IMG/VR virus record: IMGVR_UViG_3300020196_000044
Coordinates: 1-56,295 of that record
Length of the DNA: 56,295 nt
Source of the DNA: a virus
Taxonomy: Duplodnaviria > Caudoviricetes
Strand: one strand, 5' to 3'
A model generated the notes under the pieces. It had not been told where the DNA came from and did no database searches. It saw only the letters and a program-made list of their open reading frames with translations. Made by a program: the position numbers and the translations under genes. Below, piece after piece: positions 27,401-37,053 of the stretch; the stretch's first letter is position 1, and each line of letters opens with the position of its first letter.

Positions 27401-29471
27401 AACTATACAGGGCACCCATGGATTGTTACAGAAAAAGACCAATACCCAACCACAAGTAATCGCTGTTGGTGGTGGATGTACTGATGTTGTATCTGCAATT
27501 GAAACATTGATGACAATTGTTACTACAGCAGTTCAAAATGATAACATGAATCATGCATCAAGAACTGTCCCTTCTGCTACTTACAGTAGATCATCTGGTC
27601 ATGAATATGATGAAGTTTATTATATCTACGAAGTTGAAGAAGTACAGAAATATAGTTTTGATGGCATTACTGAAGTTGAAGGTATATATTACTTAACTAT
27701 ATTGAGGGGTTCTGTAGAAATTAATGGATCGAGAGCAATTAGTGCCTCAGTTCTTCCTGGAAATACATTTAAATTTAGTCAAAACACTGATGACTTATAT
27801 CCAAATATTGATATCGATAATATTGTAAGTGATCCAATAATTGCTAAAAGTATTGCTGATCCAGTTGTTATTGGTAAGGTCAAGACAACAAGTGGATTTA
27901 CTAATTCATTCTTAGATCCAATCAATACTGCATGTAGTGTCACTAAGGAATCTATTGCATATTTCTTAGATGAATATTTGAATAATCAATTACAGTGGGA
28001 TTGGACTGATAAGCAAACATCAAATAGTTTAGTATCGCATGAATTATTCAGTCCAGCATCAATTTTACAATTAAAATCTGGAACTGGATCTTCTGAAGTT
28101 AGAAGAGTTTCAATTAGACCAGATATTCCGACTCTTGGTATTGCTGTAGAACTTCGTAGACCATCTACAATTAGATCAGGTAACCATACATTTGAGTATG
28201 TTGGATTTGGTCCTGGTAACTACTCAACTGCATTCCCAATTCGTCAAACAAAAGTTCTCACTCAAGAAGAGCAGAAATATTCACAATCATTGAAGGAGCA
28301 AGGTGGTATTGCTTTCTATTCTGGATTGAACTCAAACGGAGACCTTTATATTGGCAATACTGTTATTAACGCAGTTACTGGTAAAACGTCTGAGAACCAG
28401 ATTACAGAATTAACTGAATTGACAATCACTGATAACCTAAATGTTCTTGGTGGATCTGGAAATACTTTAGCAACTAATTTCCAAGGACCAGTTAATTTCT
28501 TAAACAACCTTGTTGCTGATGGTGATAGCATCATTTCAAGATTAAAATTGAGAAATGCTGATGGTATTATTAGCACTATTACTAATAAAGATACGTCACC
28601 AAGTACTGGTGCTCAAGGTGATTTTGTATTTAATACTCAACCTACAGAAGGATCTAACATTGGGTGGATGTATACTGATAAGAATGAATGGAGACCAGTT
28701 GGATTAATTGGTGCAGAAAAAATTCATGCATATAAGAGTGGATCTAATTATGTTTTAAATGTTGGTCAAGATTTAATTAATATTGATTCAAATACAACTG
28801 TAAATGTAAATTATGATCTTGATGTAACAAATAGACAGAGAATTGGAACTCATCTTGATATTGGTACTGGTGCAACCTCAGTGATAACATCCAATAGTTC
28901 AACAAAACAGACAAGATTGTATCTTGAGCAGTCATGGACTTCAAACGGTATTGAATATAAACCAATATTAATTAAGTTGACAACTGATACTGGTGCTAAT
29001 GTTGAAAATAAAGTTATGGACGTAAGAGATGCATCTGACATATCGGTATTTAATATTGATAAAAATGGTAATGTAAAACTTAAGCAAGGTTCTTCTTATG
29101 GTATTTCTGATTCTGCATTTGGAACTGTACTGACTGTAAAGGCAAACTCAAACGTTGCAAATGGAGAAATAAAAGTTGAATCATTAATTACTCCAATTAC
29201 ATTCTTAGTCGCTGATTACACTGGATCTACAGCAGGAGCTAATCCTGTGTCATATGAGTATGGATTTAAAACTGAAGCAAATATTAACACATACAAATTC
29301 CAAGGATCTCCAAACTTTATTTCTCAATTTAATACAAGATCAATTCTGTTGTTTATAAATGGTGCATTGCAAACTCCATTTATAAATTATTTCTTCAATG
29401 GTCAATTCTTCTATTTTGCTTCTGCTGTACCTGATGATGCCAAAATTGACATTCGTTGTCTTGCAAACTAA
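24435..29471 (+). CDS. Giant virion structural/fiber-like protein (1678 aa)
   Basis: ILYVNPDDFDATDAIDN.GNS..RPFKTI N-terminus, beta-helix-like SITNSNSNFG, ELRRPS.IR...HTFEY.GFGPGNYST; late promoter. Confidence 0.75.
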   Translation: MALTRLQNIISSVEGRILYVNPDDFDATDAIDNKGNSPVRPFKTIARAMLEVARYSYVSAGNADDKFDQFTILLYPGEHIVDNRPGFFAYKLENNNYVANITPFSPTAVNGEYGWSNTTKQYADLYKITNSIRGGLIIPRGTSIIGLDLRKTKIIPKYVPYGGNNTAPITTTVSWTANVNTKRQLTITAVAGGNINNLVIGSYFEKDITSGTTVLIPAGTTITGIDCNFNGSSATVTISRDHAYTGTSDGGTGAVKVPYEDDNSRAALFRITGGCYFWQFSIFDGDPTGIYTSAQVDPSVTPTLTTSSTALKLSEFSHSKLTVFEYASIHDLNTFYRKVSDAISVINCLKIETKIQENRIVGPLSDSVSITKVVRNQSQVAVTLNQELDLTAGNFVSIVGDGNFITNNSQTNSYYAGSKKISSVISRSEFVFTLTTTEVSTLNALETDADLAITGTQIQYTPSGSAKVEIEIDTVESASPYIFNISLRSTWGICGMHADGSRATGFKSMVVAQYTGISLQKDDGAFFEYDTNTSTYVNIAGKLYHKDINAIYKPAQRSYHIKASNRAVIQAVSVFAVGYADHFIALDGGDMSITNSNSNFGSNAMRSIGYSDTAFKKDSLGTITHIIPPRNVESTDSNVYWESIDTIKTATNIDPTRRVYLKDRTTFLQIDSPGSGFNVSTRAIQDPSGVQKTLNLTLTNGTITGVSFLGNDFGTFQPGSQIHLASDSTTGLPCEITVGGTLTSEVNRYKIGGRTLNPNGTAFVDKIFVPLYNSGQNFTTEKSSDIQKQSNGNVFGYDFVLNNWFVYVNPSTNNIRATIDGNTSKYGVGKIESTPTSYLKRIKDERTPNDKIYRLRYVTKRSSDGTLPSYPQPGYVCQQKKGIVPGKGDRWADAHDLILINKEFIAREAYARVNPTMPSNTTSQDCIDDVIDIMEALAYNVKFGGTDQIYDASNLYVTGNHVDGEQLATISIFNQAKEIAKQVINNTNVTIQGTHGLLQKKTNTQPQVIAVGGGCTDVVSAIETLMTIVTTAVQNDNMNHASRTVPSATYSRSSGHEYDEVYYIYEVEEVQKYSFDGITEVEGIYYLTILRGSVEINGSRAISASVLPGNTFKFSQNTDDLYPNIDIDNIVSDPIIAKSIADPVVIGKVKTTSGFTNSFLDPINTACSVTKESIAYFLDEYLNNQLQWDWTDKQTSNSLVSHELFSPASILQLKSGTGSSEVRRVSIRPDIPTLGIAVELRRPSTIRSGNHTFEYVGFGPGNYSTAFPIRQTKVLTQEEQKYSQSLKEQGGIAFYSGLNSNGDLYIGNTVINAVTGKTSENQITELTELTITDNLNVLGGSGNTLATNFQGPVNFLNNLVADGDSIISRLKLRNADGIISTITNKDTSPSTGAQGDFVFNTQPTEGSNIGWMYTDKNEWRPVGLIGAEKIHAYKSGSNYVLNVGQDLINIDSNTTVNVNYDLDVTNRQRIGTHLDIGTGATSVITSNSSTKQTRLYLEQSWTSNGIEYKPILIKLTTDTGANVENKVMDVRDASDISVFNIDKNGNVKLKQGSSYGISDSAFGTVLTVKANSNVANGEIKVESLITPITFLVADYTGSTAGANPVSYEYGFKTEANINTYKFQGSPNFISQFNTRSILLFINGALQTPFINYFFNGQFFYFASAVPDDAKIDIRCLAN

Positions 29472-29477
29472 TAAATA
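29471..29477 (+). promoter_or_regulatory. T4-type late promoter
   Basis: ATAAATA upstream of ATG 29502. Confidence 0.7.
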
Positions 29478-29501
29478 CTAACATAGGAAATCAATAAGTA
29501 A

Positions 29502-32500
29502 ATGGCACTTACTAGGATTACATCCACTGTAATTAAAGATTCGACAATTACTGAGGGTAAATTTGATAAACCGTATCTTGATTCTAGCAACGCTGATATT
29601 GCTACACAATCAATCACTTTCCAATCTAGTGTAAACATTAGAGTTGGAACTGGTTCTAACTATTTTACTGCAAACAATAACTTAGTTACTATATCAGCAC
29701 CTGCTGCCGCTGATACGGCATTAAATATTTCTCTTGGTAATTTACTTTTATCGCAAGGTAATCTAAATGTAAGTAATGGTAATGTTGCTACTCAAACATT
29801 AAAAGTAAAATTAGGTAGTCAAGGTGCGCCTTCAATTTATTTTGGGGAAGATTCTTCAACTGGTATATTCTCAAGTTCAGGAGTTATTAATTTTTCTGTT
29901 AGTGGTGTTCCTAAGTTACAAATTACTAGTGGTGACGGAATAAGATTATCTACCAATAAATTGTTGTTATCAACAATTGGAACATCTTTTGATAGAATTG
30001 CTGAATACGTCACTGGAACAGTTGGAGAACTTAGATTCGGTGGAGTAACCGATAGGTTAACTTTAAGTGTAAATGATGAAAGGGTAGTTTATGTTAGTGC
30101 TGTAGATGATACAAATGGTGAATATCCAAACAGCGAAAATAGAGTAGGTATTAATAAGAATAATCCACAATCTGCTTTAGATGTAAATGGTATTATTACT
30201 GCAGATGGGTATTCTGGAATTCAATTATCAAACTTACCAGTAATTGATCCCACAAGAGGTGGTACAGGTCTTACTTCTATTGGATCTCCTGGACAATTAG
30301 TAAGAGTCAAGTCAACTGGTGATGGATATGAATTTTTCACATTAAATACTGGTGACGTTAATAACCTTGCTTCATTCTTAGTTTCTGGTAATGGGTCATT
30401 ATTCAAAATTGAAGCAAGATTGACTGGAGATGGAGGTAGATTTAAGTTTGATCTTGGTATAGGTAAAGCTGCATCATTTTTACCTACACAAAGAATAAAG
30501 ATATTTGGTATTAATACATTAAACATCAGCTCATATAATAAAAATGATGTAACTCAGAACATTTATAAGAATTGGGCATCTAGTATTGATAATGATCCAA
30601 GTTTTGTTTCTGCACAGGGATCACTTGGTGGTGGAACTAGATATACCTATTACGCAGCATTAATTAACTTTAATACTGGAGTAGTTTCTTCATTAAAACA
30701 GTTAAAACATAGTACAACTGGAACTCCAACGTATGTAACCAACTTTGATTTGAGTGCATTTAATGAAAATATTTACAACAGTGTATCGATAAGAAGACCA
30801 GATTCTTCACATGGTATACTGCTTTACAGGTATCAAAATACAGCAGCAGTAGTTAAAGATAGAGGTGGTAATATTATTCTTAATCACACTGATAAATTAA
30901 ATCTCATTGCAATTCTTGGTCAAAGGGATATTGGATCTGCAACTACAACTCTGTTCACATATAATGATTATGGTCCTTATAATAGAGTAACTTGGGGAGA
31001 TGCAAATAGTGATGGAAGTTTAAATTCAAAATACCTTGAAATTAAAACAATACCATCTTCTGTAGCGCAGGGGGATATTGATACATTTGGTCCATATCCT
31101 GGATGGTCAGAGAGGACTGTTTATGCAGTCGAAACGGGAAGATATATAACAATTAATGAACCAGTTCCAGCAGATGTTAACTTTGATGCAACAGATAAAG
31201 CTTCAAGTTTCTTAAGTAATTCTACAATTCAAATATGTCACGATGATACAAAAGCACTTGAAGATGCAATTGCTAGTGTAATCGAAAAGGGTTTCAATTC
31301 CCTATTTTTAACTGGTGGCACATACTTAGTTAAGAGATTAGCAATACCATCTAAATTTGCACTGTATGGATCTGGGAAATCTACTATAATTAAGAAACAG
31401 TATTTTGATACTTCATATAATAGAACATCAAGTCCTGAGTTTAGTAGATTGTATGCTCCAATGTGGTTAAGAAACCCAGTAAAATTGAATTTAGACGGAA
31501 CAACTACTCCATCAGAATCTCAATCACAACCAGTTTCAAACATTACGTTAAGAGATTTTGTTGTTGATGGTAATTATAATAATAATATGAGATTAGGGGA
31601 TAGTACTTCTCCTGCATCTAACTGTTTATTATATGCAGAGGCATCTGATAATTGCTCGTTTATTAATTTAGACATTAAAAATTCAATTGGAGATGGAATA
31701 TTTGCTCCAAATTCTAATAAGTTATCAATGCAGAATACAGCAGTATTTGATAATTCTATAACTTATGGAACGTTTGATAATCCTTTTAATGCTGTTGATT
31801 GTACTGTATTGAAAGTATCTGATTGTAGTTTCTTAAGTAATCCTGGACCAGTTGATATTACAACTTCAGAGGTTGTGGCATTTAACTCATGTATCATTAG
31901 AAACTCTGGCACTGGTCTTAGAATTTATGGTGCAAGAAGCATCAATGTTGAAAACAATCTTATTCTTGGTCCAGATGATGAATGGATTCCAACCACAGAT
32001 CTTTATGATAGTGATTATAATTCAGTTAATATTACCTGCTATAAATCAACTGGTGCTGGAACTCAAGGTCCAATTAAATTCACTTATCTTGAGGAAGGAA
32101 TTGCTAAAAACCTTACCAATACTATATTATCAACTTATGTTTATCAGGTTAATGTTGATATCAATGGAAATGAAAATCTGTCAACAACTCCATTGACTTA
32201 CATACCAAATGGGGCAACTCAAACAATTTCAATTCTTCAAACAAGCATTTATGATATTAATAATGGTGGAGTTCAAATTGAAATTCCAGGTACTGCAGGC
32301 ATTATACCTGCGCCATCTGGCACTGCATTAGCAGCAATTCCATTCAGAAAAACAGCAGGTTCTGTTGGATTAAATTATAATTATCTTGTTTATTTTGTAA
32401 ATGGACTGGAACAAACACCAGTCGGAGATCCAGATAACTACATTGTCACTGGTGTTGAATCATATAACGTTACGACGCAAACATATAGCATTAAGATAGA

Positions 32501-32786
32501 TGATCAATATGTTTCTGAATTTAAGGTAGAAGATGTTGTAACTCTACTTGAGCATGATACTGTCAGTGGGTATAGCACCCCAGGGGATATGATCATTGCA
32601 CAAATAAGATTTGTCAATCAAGCATTCGTTCTAGATTTATATAAACCAAACTTTAATCAATATAACATTGATAATGGTCAAAATTCCACCCCTTCAGGGA
32701 ACTTAAATATTGACCCTAACGCAAAAGGATATATAAAGAAGAAGAGATCATTTACTATTGCTAAAGGAATCATCGGAGTAATTTAA
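29502..32786 (+). CDS. Fiber/tailspike-like protein with pectate-lyase-like beta-helix (1094 aa)
   Basis: RVGINKNNPQSALDVNG and GGTG fiber motifs; DDTKALEDAI..LFLTGGTYLV..L.GSG.STII; ITLRDFVVDGN. Confidence 0.7.
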   Translation: MALTRITSTVIKDSTITEGKFDKPYLDSSNADIATQSITFQSSVNIRVGTGSNYFTANNNLVTISAPAAADTALNISLGNLLLSQGNLNVSNGNVATQTLKVKLGSQGAPSIYFGEDSSTGIFSSSGVINFSVSGVPKLQITSGDGIRLSTNKLLLSTIGTSFDRIAEYVTGTVGELRFGGVTDRLTLSVNDERVVYVSAVDDTNGEYPNSENRVGINKNNPQSALDVNGIITADGYSGIQLSNLPVIDPTRGGTGLTSIGSPGQLVRVKSTGDGYEFFTLNTGDVNNLASFLVSGNGSLFKIEARLTGDGGRFKFDLGIGKAASFLPTQRIKIFGINTLNISSYNKNDVTQNIYKNWASSIDNDPSFVSAQGSLGGGTRYTYYAALINFNTGVVSSLKQLKHSTTGTPTYVTNFDLSAFNENIYNSVSIRRPDSSHGILLYRYQNTAAVVKDRGGNIILNHTDKLNLIAILGQRDIGSATTTLFTYNDYGPYNRVTWGDANSDGSLNSKYLEIKTIPSSVAQGDIDTFGPYPGWSERTVYAVETGRYITINEPVPADVNFDATDKASSFLSNSTIQICHDDTKALEDAIASVIEKGFNSLFLTGGTYLVKRLAIPSKFALYGSGKSTIIKKQYFDTSYNRTSSPEFSRLYAPMWLRNPVKLNLDGTTTPSESQSQPVSNITLRDFVVDGNYNNNMRLGDSTSPASNCLLYAEASDNCSFINLDIKNSIGDGIFAPNSNKLSMQNTAVFDNSITYGTFDNPFNAVDCTVLKVSDCSFLSNPGPVDITTSEVVAFNSCIIRNSGTGLRIYGARSINVENNLILGPDDEWIPTTDLYDSDYNSVNITCYKSTGAGTQGPIKFTYLEEGIAKNLTNTILSTYVYQVNVDINGNENLSTTPLTYIPNGATQTISILQTSIYDINNGGVQIEIPGTAGIIPAPSGTALAAIPFRKTAGSVGLNYNYLVYFVNGLEQTPVGDPDNYIVTGVESYNVTTQTYSIKIDDQYVSEFKVEDVVTLLEHDTVSGYSTPGDMIIAQIRFVNQAFVLDLYKPNFNQYNIDNGQNSTPSGNLNIDPNAKGYIKKKRSFTIAKGIIGVI

Positions 32787-32790
32787 ACCA

Positions 32791-35700
32791 ATGGCAGAAA
32801 ATACTAATGTAAACAATAATGCTTCTGTTGTCGTAGTAGGAAGAACTGCACCAGTTCCTACTGGACAACAGACAGCAGAGAAGTCAATTCCAGTTGTTAT
32901 AGCAAGTGACCAAGAGGCGATTCCTGTTGAAGAACAGAATAAACAGCAATCAGAAGTTGCACTATCTCTTCTTGGAATACCAAGATCAGAAGTTGCATTA
33001 GGTATTTTTGCTGACGTTAATACTTATGATGTAAACCCATCAGAATGGACTGCTACTCCTGTACAGTTAACAACACTTCTCACCACTGATAAAGTAGAAT
33101 ATACAGGAATCCAAGGGCAGCAAGATTGGGGTCTTTCTCACGTAGCATCTGAAGCTGGAGCACATGTTGAAGCACCTGCCAATGAAAATGCTATTTTAAC
33201 TTCAAAACGTTTCTTTAGATATCAGCCTGGTCGTGTATCTGCTGGTACTTTTGGTGTTAAGTTTAGTAGAGCACCATACACATTCCTTTCTGCTGGAGAT
33301 ACGATCTTAACAGATGCCACAAAACAACATGCGGCAGCAACATGTCAAGTAAGAAATCCATCTATTAAAAAATATGGAGTATTTGATAAGTATGATGGTT
33401 ATTATTATGAAAGTATTAATGAAGGTCGTGGTGATAATTTCTGCTGTGTTAGAAGAACTCAATCTTTAATTCAGCAAAAATCAGAAGATTTCTTTTTCTC
33501 TACTGCAAATCCATCAGCAAATCCAAGACAATTTGATGGATCTAAAAACTCTACTGATTATGGGAATATGGAATTTGGTGGAGGACCAAAAAGATATGGT
33601 GGAAACGCTGTAATTTTAAGAGATGGTTTAATAAACATCCATGCTGGACTATTTGATCAATCATTACTTAAAGAAAAAAAAGAGATTCCAATCGTCAGCA
33701 CTTCTGGAACATCTTTAACAGTTGCTCCAATTGAAATTCCAGTTAGTGGATTTACATATAATAATGTAACAAGAAAAGCAACAGTAACAACTTCTGTAAG
33801 TCATAATTTGAATGAAGGTGATAGCGTATCTCTTAGAGATCTTTTAGTATCTTGTAATACTGGATCTAAATTATATCCAAACATGTATGCACAGGATACA
33901 TTTAGAATTGCTTCAGCCAACTCAAATGTAATCACAGTATTCATTGGTAAATCATTGTATGATAATGTTTTTAATCAAAGTTATGTAAGCGGGGGAACAT
34001 TATCTAAAGTTGCCTCTGCTAGTTTGACAGGTGCTTTTACTAATATAAGTTCATTTGTATATAATGGAACTTCTGGTGTTGCAAAAATCAAAACAACAAA
34101 TGCTACAACACCTCATGGTCTTCAGGAAGGGGACAAAGTACAAATTCAAGGAATTGCATTAAATGGTGGAATAACTTTTCCACAAACAAATAATCCTGAT
34201 ATTTACTATGTCAGAAGAGTCGTATCATTAGTTGAATTTGAAATTGGAATAGGAAAAGAAGCAGTATCTGGATTAGTACAAAATACTAATACCTATTCTT
34301 CTGGTGGTTCATTTAGAAAGTTAACTCCAACATTTGAAACTTCAAAATCAGTTACTGGATTTGATTATGATGAAGCAAACGGAACAGTACAAATTACTTC
34401 ATCTAATCACGGATATTCAAGTGGAGACAGGATTAAAATTGCAGACATTCTTACACTATGCACATATGGTCCAAAGACATATCCTGCTAAAAATGATTTA
34501 GATGTGTTTCCAATTTATGATGTAACTAGTAATCAGTTTTCATTCTACTTAGATACATCAACCATTGTTCACACTTATGTAAGTGGAGGAAGAGTAGTTG
34601 TTCAGGGACTAAGACCTGGATCTTCAATTTATGTTTACAAAAATGGTAAAACGATTAATAATACAGTAGATGGTGGAATTTATTTTGTTAAGAGTGTTGA
34701 TGGAAATAAAATTAGTTTAACTCAAGAACCATCCAATGGAGAAGATGCTTCAAATACATTTGGAGTTCAAAAAGTTACAGAATTGAATTTTGGAACAAAT
34801 GATTATAGAATGACTCCAACTGCAGCAGCATATAATCCAACTACTGGTATTATGACACTGACTGTAAATGGTCATGGAATGCAAACTGGAGATACAATTA
34901 AAATTGAAGATTATTCATTAGGATTTACTTGTGCTCTTGATAACTATCTAACGACAAAATATTATCCAAGACCTTCAAATTCATCTCCAGCAAATGGATA
35001 TCCAAGTTCTGATCCAGTAAGTGGTGACTTCATACCCATCACTAAAGTAAACGATAATCAGTTTACTGTTCAGGTATTATCGATAGTACCATCTAGTGAT
35101 ACTTCTGCACATACTTTTGTATCTGCATTGCCAAATTGTATTCTTAGAGGTGCTTCTGCTGGTCCACACATTGTAACTCCAGCACCATTTATTCTTCCTG
35201 GAACTGTAAAACATCAGTATAGAGGAACTGTTAATAGTTCTGATAAAGATATTGTTGAGACGTTGAATCCATATGGATGTTTCCCATATCGTTACATTTA
35301 TGGTCAAACTGATGATGATATTGTTGGATATATTTCTACTGATGTTAAGTTGACTACTTCTTCTGGTGCAGCAACAATTAAAGATGGAATTGATTATGTT
35401 AATAACAAACTTTTGAAAGATTGGATATACAACCATGTCCAACCAAGATATTGGAGTGTTTATGAGTATAGAGTTCCAAGATCTAGATTTAGTGGCGAGA
35501 AAGTAGACGGTCAAACGGAAAGAGATATTTTATATTCTGATGTTGTTTACAGTGAGGGTAAGAACCATTTCCCTGGTGAAGTTGTTGAAGATGCACAAAC
35601 TGGTGGTACAGAAGTAAGAACTTCCAATTGGAATCTTGAACCAGCAAACGTAACCATGTATAAGATTGAATACTCATGGTACGGTGCTGTTGGTGCATTG

Positions 35701-37050
35701 TTCCTTGCTTATGTTCCCCTTGATTCTGGTGAAGCAAGATGGGTACGTGTACATCATCTTAGAGCATCTAATCAGTTAAAAGTTGCTGCACTTGGCAATC
35801 CAACTCTTCCAATCACTTACATGGTATATGGAGGAGGAACAAACTTCTGTTATGGATATAAGAATGAAAGTAGGCAAATTAATTATATTGCTAATTCCAG
35901 TTCTTATTCAGAATTTATTGTTAAGTATGGTGCTTCTTACTACATTGATGGTGGAGATCGTGGCACTGTAAGATTATTCAATTATGGTGCTCCAGATGCC
36001 ACTAATGTATATGGATCTAAATCTTCATATACAATATTATCTTCTGCAAATAAAGGAGATGGAGGTGATGCTTTAGATCCATATCCATACATTGATCTGA
36101 CAGGTGCAACTGGTGTCAATGCACCAGCACTTGGAGGTGATCTTTCTTACTATATTAATGCATCTCTCGTTACTCCTTCTAGAGAACCAGGAGTAAAAGT
36201 AATTTGGGTTGATAATGCTCAAGAAAGAATTTACTTTAACAAACCAATTACTGTACAAGCAGGAACATATAAAATTATTGCGGATAGACCTAAGATTCTT
36301 CTGGGATTTGCATGTAGGGAGCAAATTAATGGGGTTAGAAATAGAGTTCAGATCTACCCAACAAAACTATCAATTGGGTCATCGGCAGTTACTACTATTA
36401 AATTAGTTAAAACTCCTATCTTCCAAACTAAAGATTCATTCTCTGGTGTGTTCAACACAACTTATACAATAGGTGCATCATTAGATATTGGAAGTATTGC
36501 AAAACCAACAAAATTAGACAGTGCTAAACTTTCAAATACTAGTCATCTTGCTGATGGTGCTAAAATTTATGGATATTTTAGAGGATTCTATGAAGGCAAT
36601 TCTGGAGCAGTAATTACTGTTCTTGGATTGCTTCAGAACATTGGTGGAAGTTATTTCTTCAATGCGTTGTCAAAAACTAACTTATCAATTAGTATTTTTG
36701 GTAACTTCTTGAGAGCAAATGAGTTCTATGAACCAAACCCAACATCAATTAATGCTTCCAGTTTCAATCCTTCATCGAGTCCATTAGCAGCATTATCTGC
36801 TATTGAAATCAGCGATGAGCAAAGAACTCCAATTCCTGGAACTGGAGTTCAGATTACAACATTGTTTGCTCCAGCATCTGGAGAACAATATGATCTTTCG
36901 CAATTCTTTGATTATAATAAAGATTACCTCTCCTTCCCATTAACTGACTTAGTAGACACATTGTATATTGTAGCAGAAACAAGTTCTGAGTATAACTCAA
37001 GTTCACCACATTCATTAATGTCTGCAGCACTTACCTGGGAGGAGCAGTGA
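32791..37050 (+). CDS. Giant structural protein A (1419 aa), paralog of 37054..41430
   Basis: Shared blocks FRYQPGR, MYKIE.WYGA.G, KYG.S.YIDGGD.GTV; four internal repeats. Confidence 0.65.
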   Translation: MAENTNVNNNASVVVVGRTAPVPTGQQTAEKSIPVVIASDQEAIPVEEQNKQQSEVALSLLGIPRSEVALGIFADVNTYDVNPSEWTATPVQLTTLLTTDKVEYTGIQGQQDWGLSHVASEAGAHVEAPANENAILTSKRFFRYQPGRVSAGTFGVKFSRAPYTFLSAGDTILTDATKQHAAATCQVRNPSIKKYGVFDKYDGYYYESINEGRGDNFCCVRRTQSLIQQKSEDFFFSTANPSANPRQFDGSKNSTDYGNMEFGGGPKRYGGNAVILRDGLINIHAGLFDQSLLKEKKEIPIVSTSGTSLTVAPIEIPVSGFTYNNVTRKATVTTSVSHNLNEGDSVSLRDLLVSCNTGSKLYPNMYAQDTFRIASANSNVITVFIGKSLYDNVFNQSYVSGGTLSKVASASLTGAFTNISSFVYNGTSGVAKIKTTNATTPHGLQEGDKVQIQGIALNGGITFPQTNNPDIYYVRRVVSLVEFEIGIGKEAVSGLVQNTNTYSSGGSFRKLTPTFETSKSVTGFDYDEANGTVQITSSNHGYSSGDRIKIADILTLCTYGPKTYPAKNDLDVFPIYDVTSNQFSFYLDTSTIVHTYVSGGRVVVQGLRPGSSIYVYKNGKTINNTVDGGIYFVKSVDGNKISLTQEPSNGEDASNTFGVQKVTELNFGTNDYRMTPTAAAYNPTTGIMTLTVNGHGMQTGDTIKIEDYSLGFTCALDNYLTTKYYPRPSNSSPANGYPSSDPVSGDFIPITKVNDNQFTVQVLSIVPSSDTSAHTFVSALPNCILRGASAGPHIVTPAPFILPGTVKHQYRGTVNSSDKDIVETLNPYGCFPYRYIYGQTDDDIVGYISTDVKLTTSSGAATIKDGIDYVNNKLLKDWIYNHVQPRYWSVYEYRVPRSRFSGEKVDGQTERDILYSDVVYSEGKNHFPGEVVEDAQTGGTEVRTSNWNLEPANVTMYKIEYSWYGAVGALFLAYVPLDSGEARWVRVHHLRASNQLKVAALGNPTLPITYMVYGGGTNFCYGYKNESRQINYIANSSSYSEFIVKYGASYYIDGGDRGTVRLFNYGAPDATNVYGSKSSYTILSSANKGDGGDALDPYPYIDLTGATGVNAPALGGDLSYYINASLVTPSREPGVKVIWVDNAQERIYFNKPITVQAGTYKIIADRPKILLGFACREQINGVRNRVQIYPTKLSIGSSAVTTIKLVKTPIFQTKDSFSGVFNTTYTIGASLDIGSIAKPTKLDSAKLSNTSHLADGAKIYGYFRGFYEGNSGAVITVLGLLQNIGGSYFFNALSKTNLSISIFGNFLRANEFYEPNPTSINASSFNPSSSPLAALSAIEISDEQRTPIPGTGVQITTLFAPASGEQYDLSQFFDYNKDYLSFPLTDLVDTLYIVAETSSEYNSSSPHSLMSAALTWEEQ

Positions 37051-37053
37051 TCT

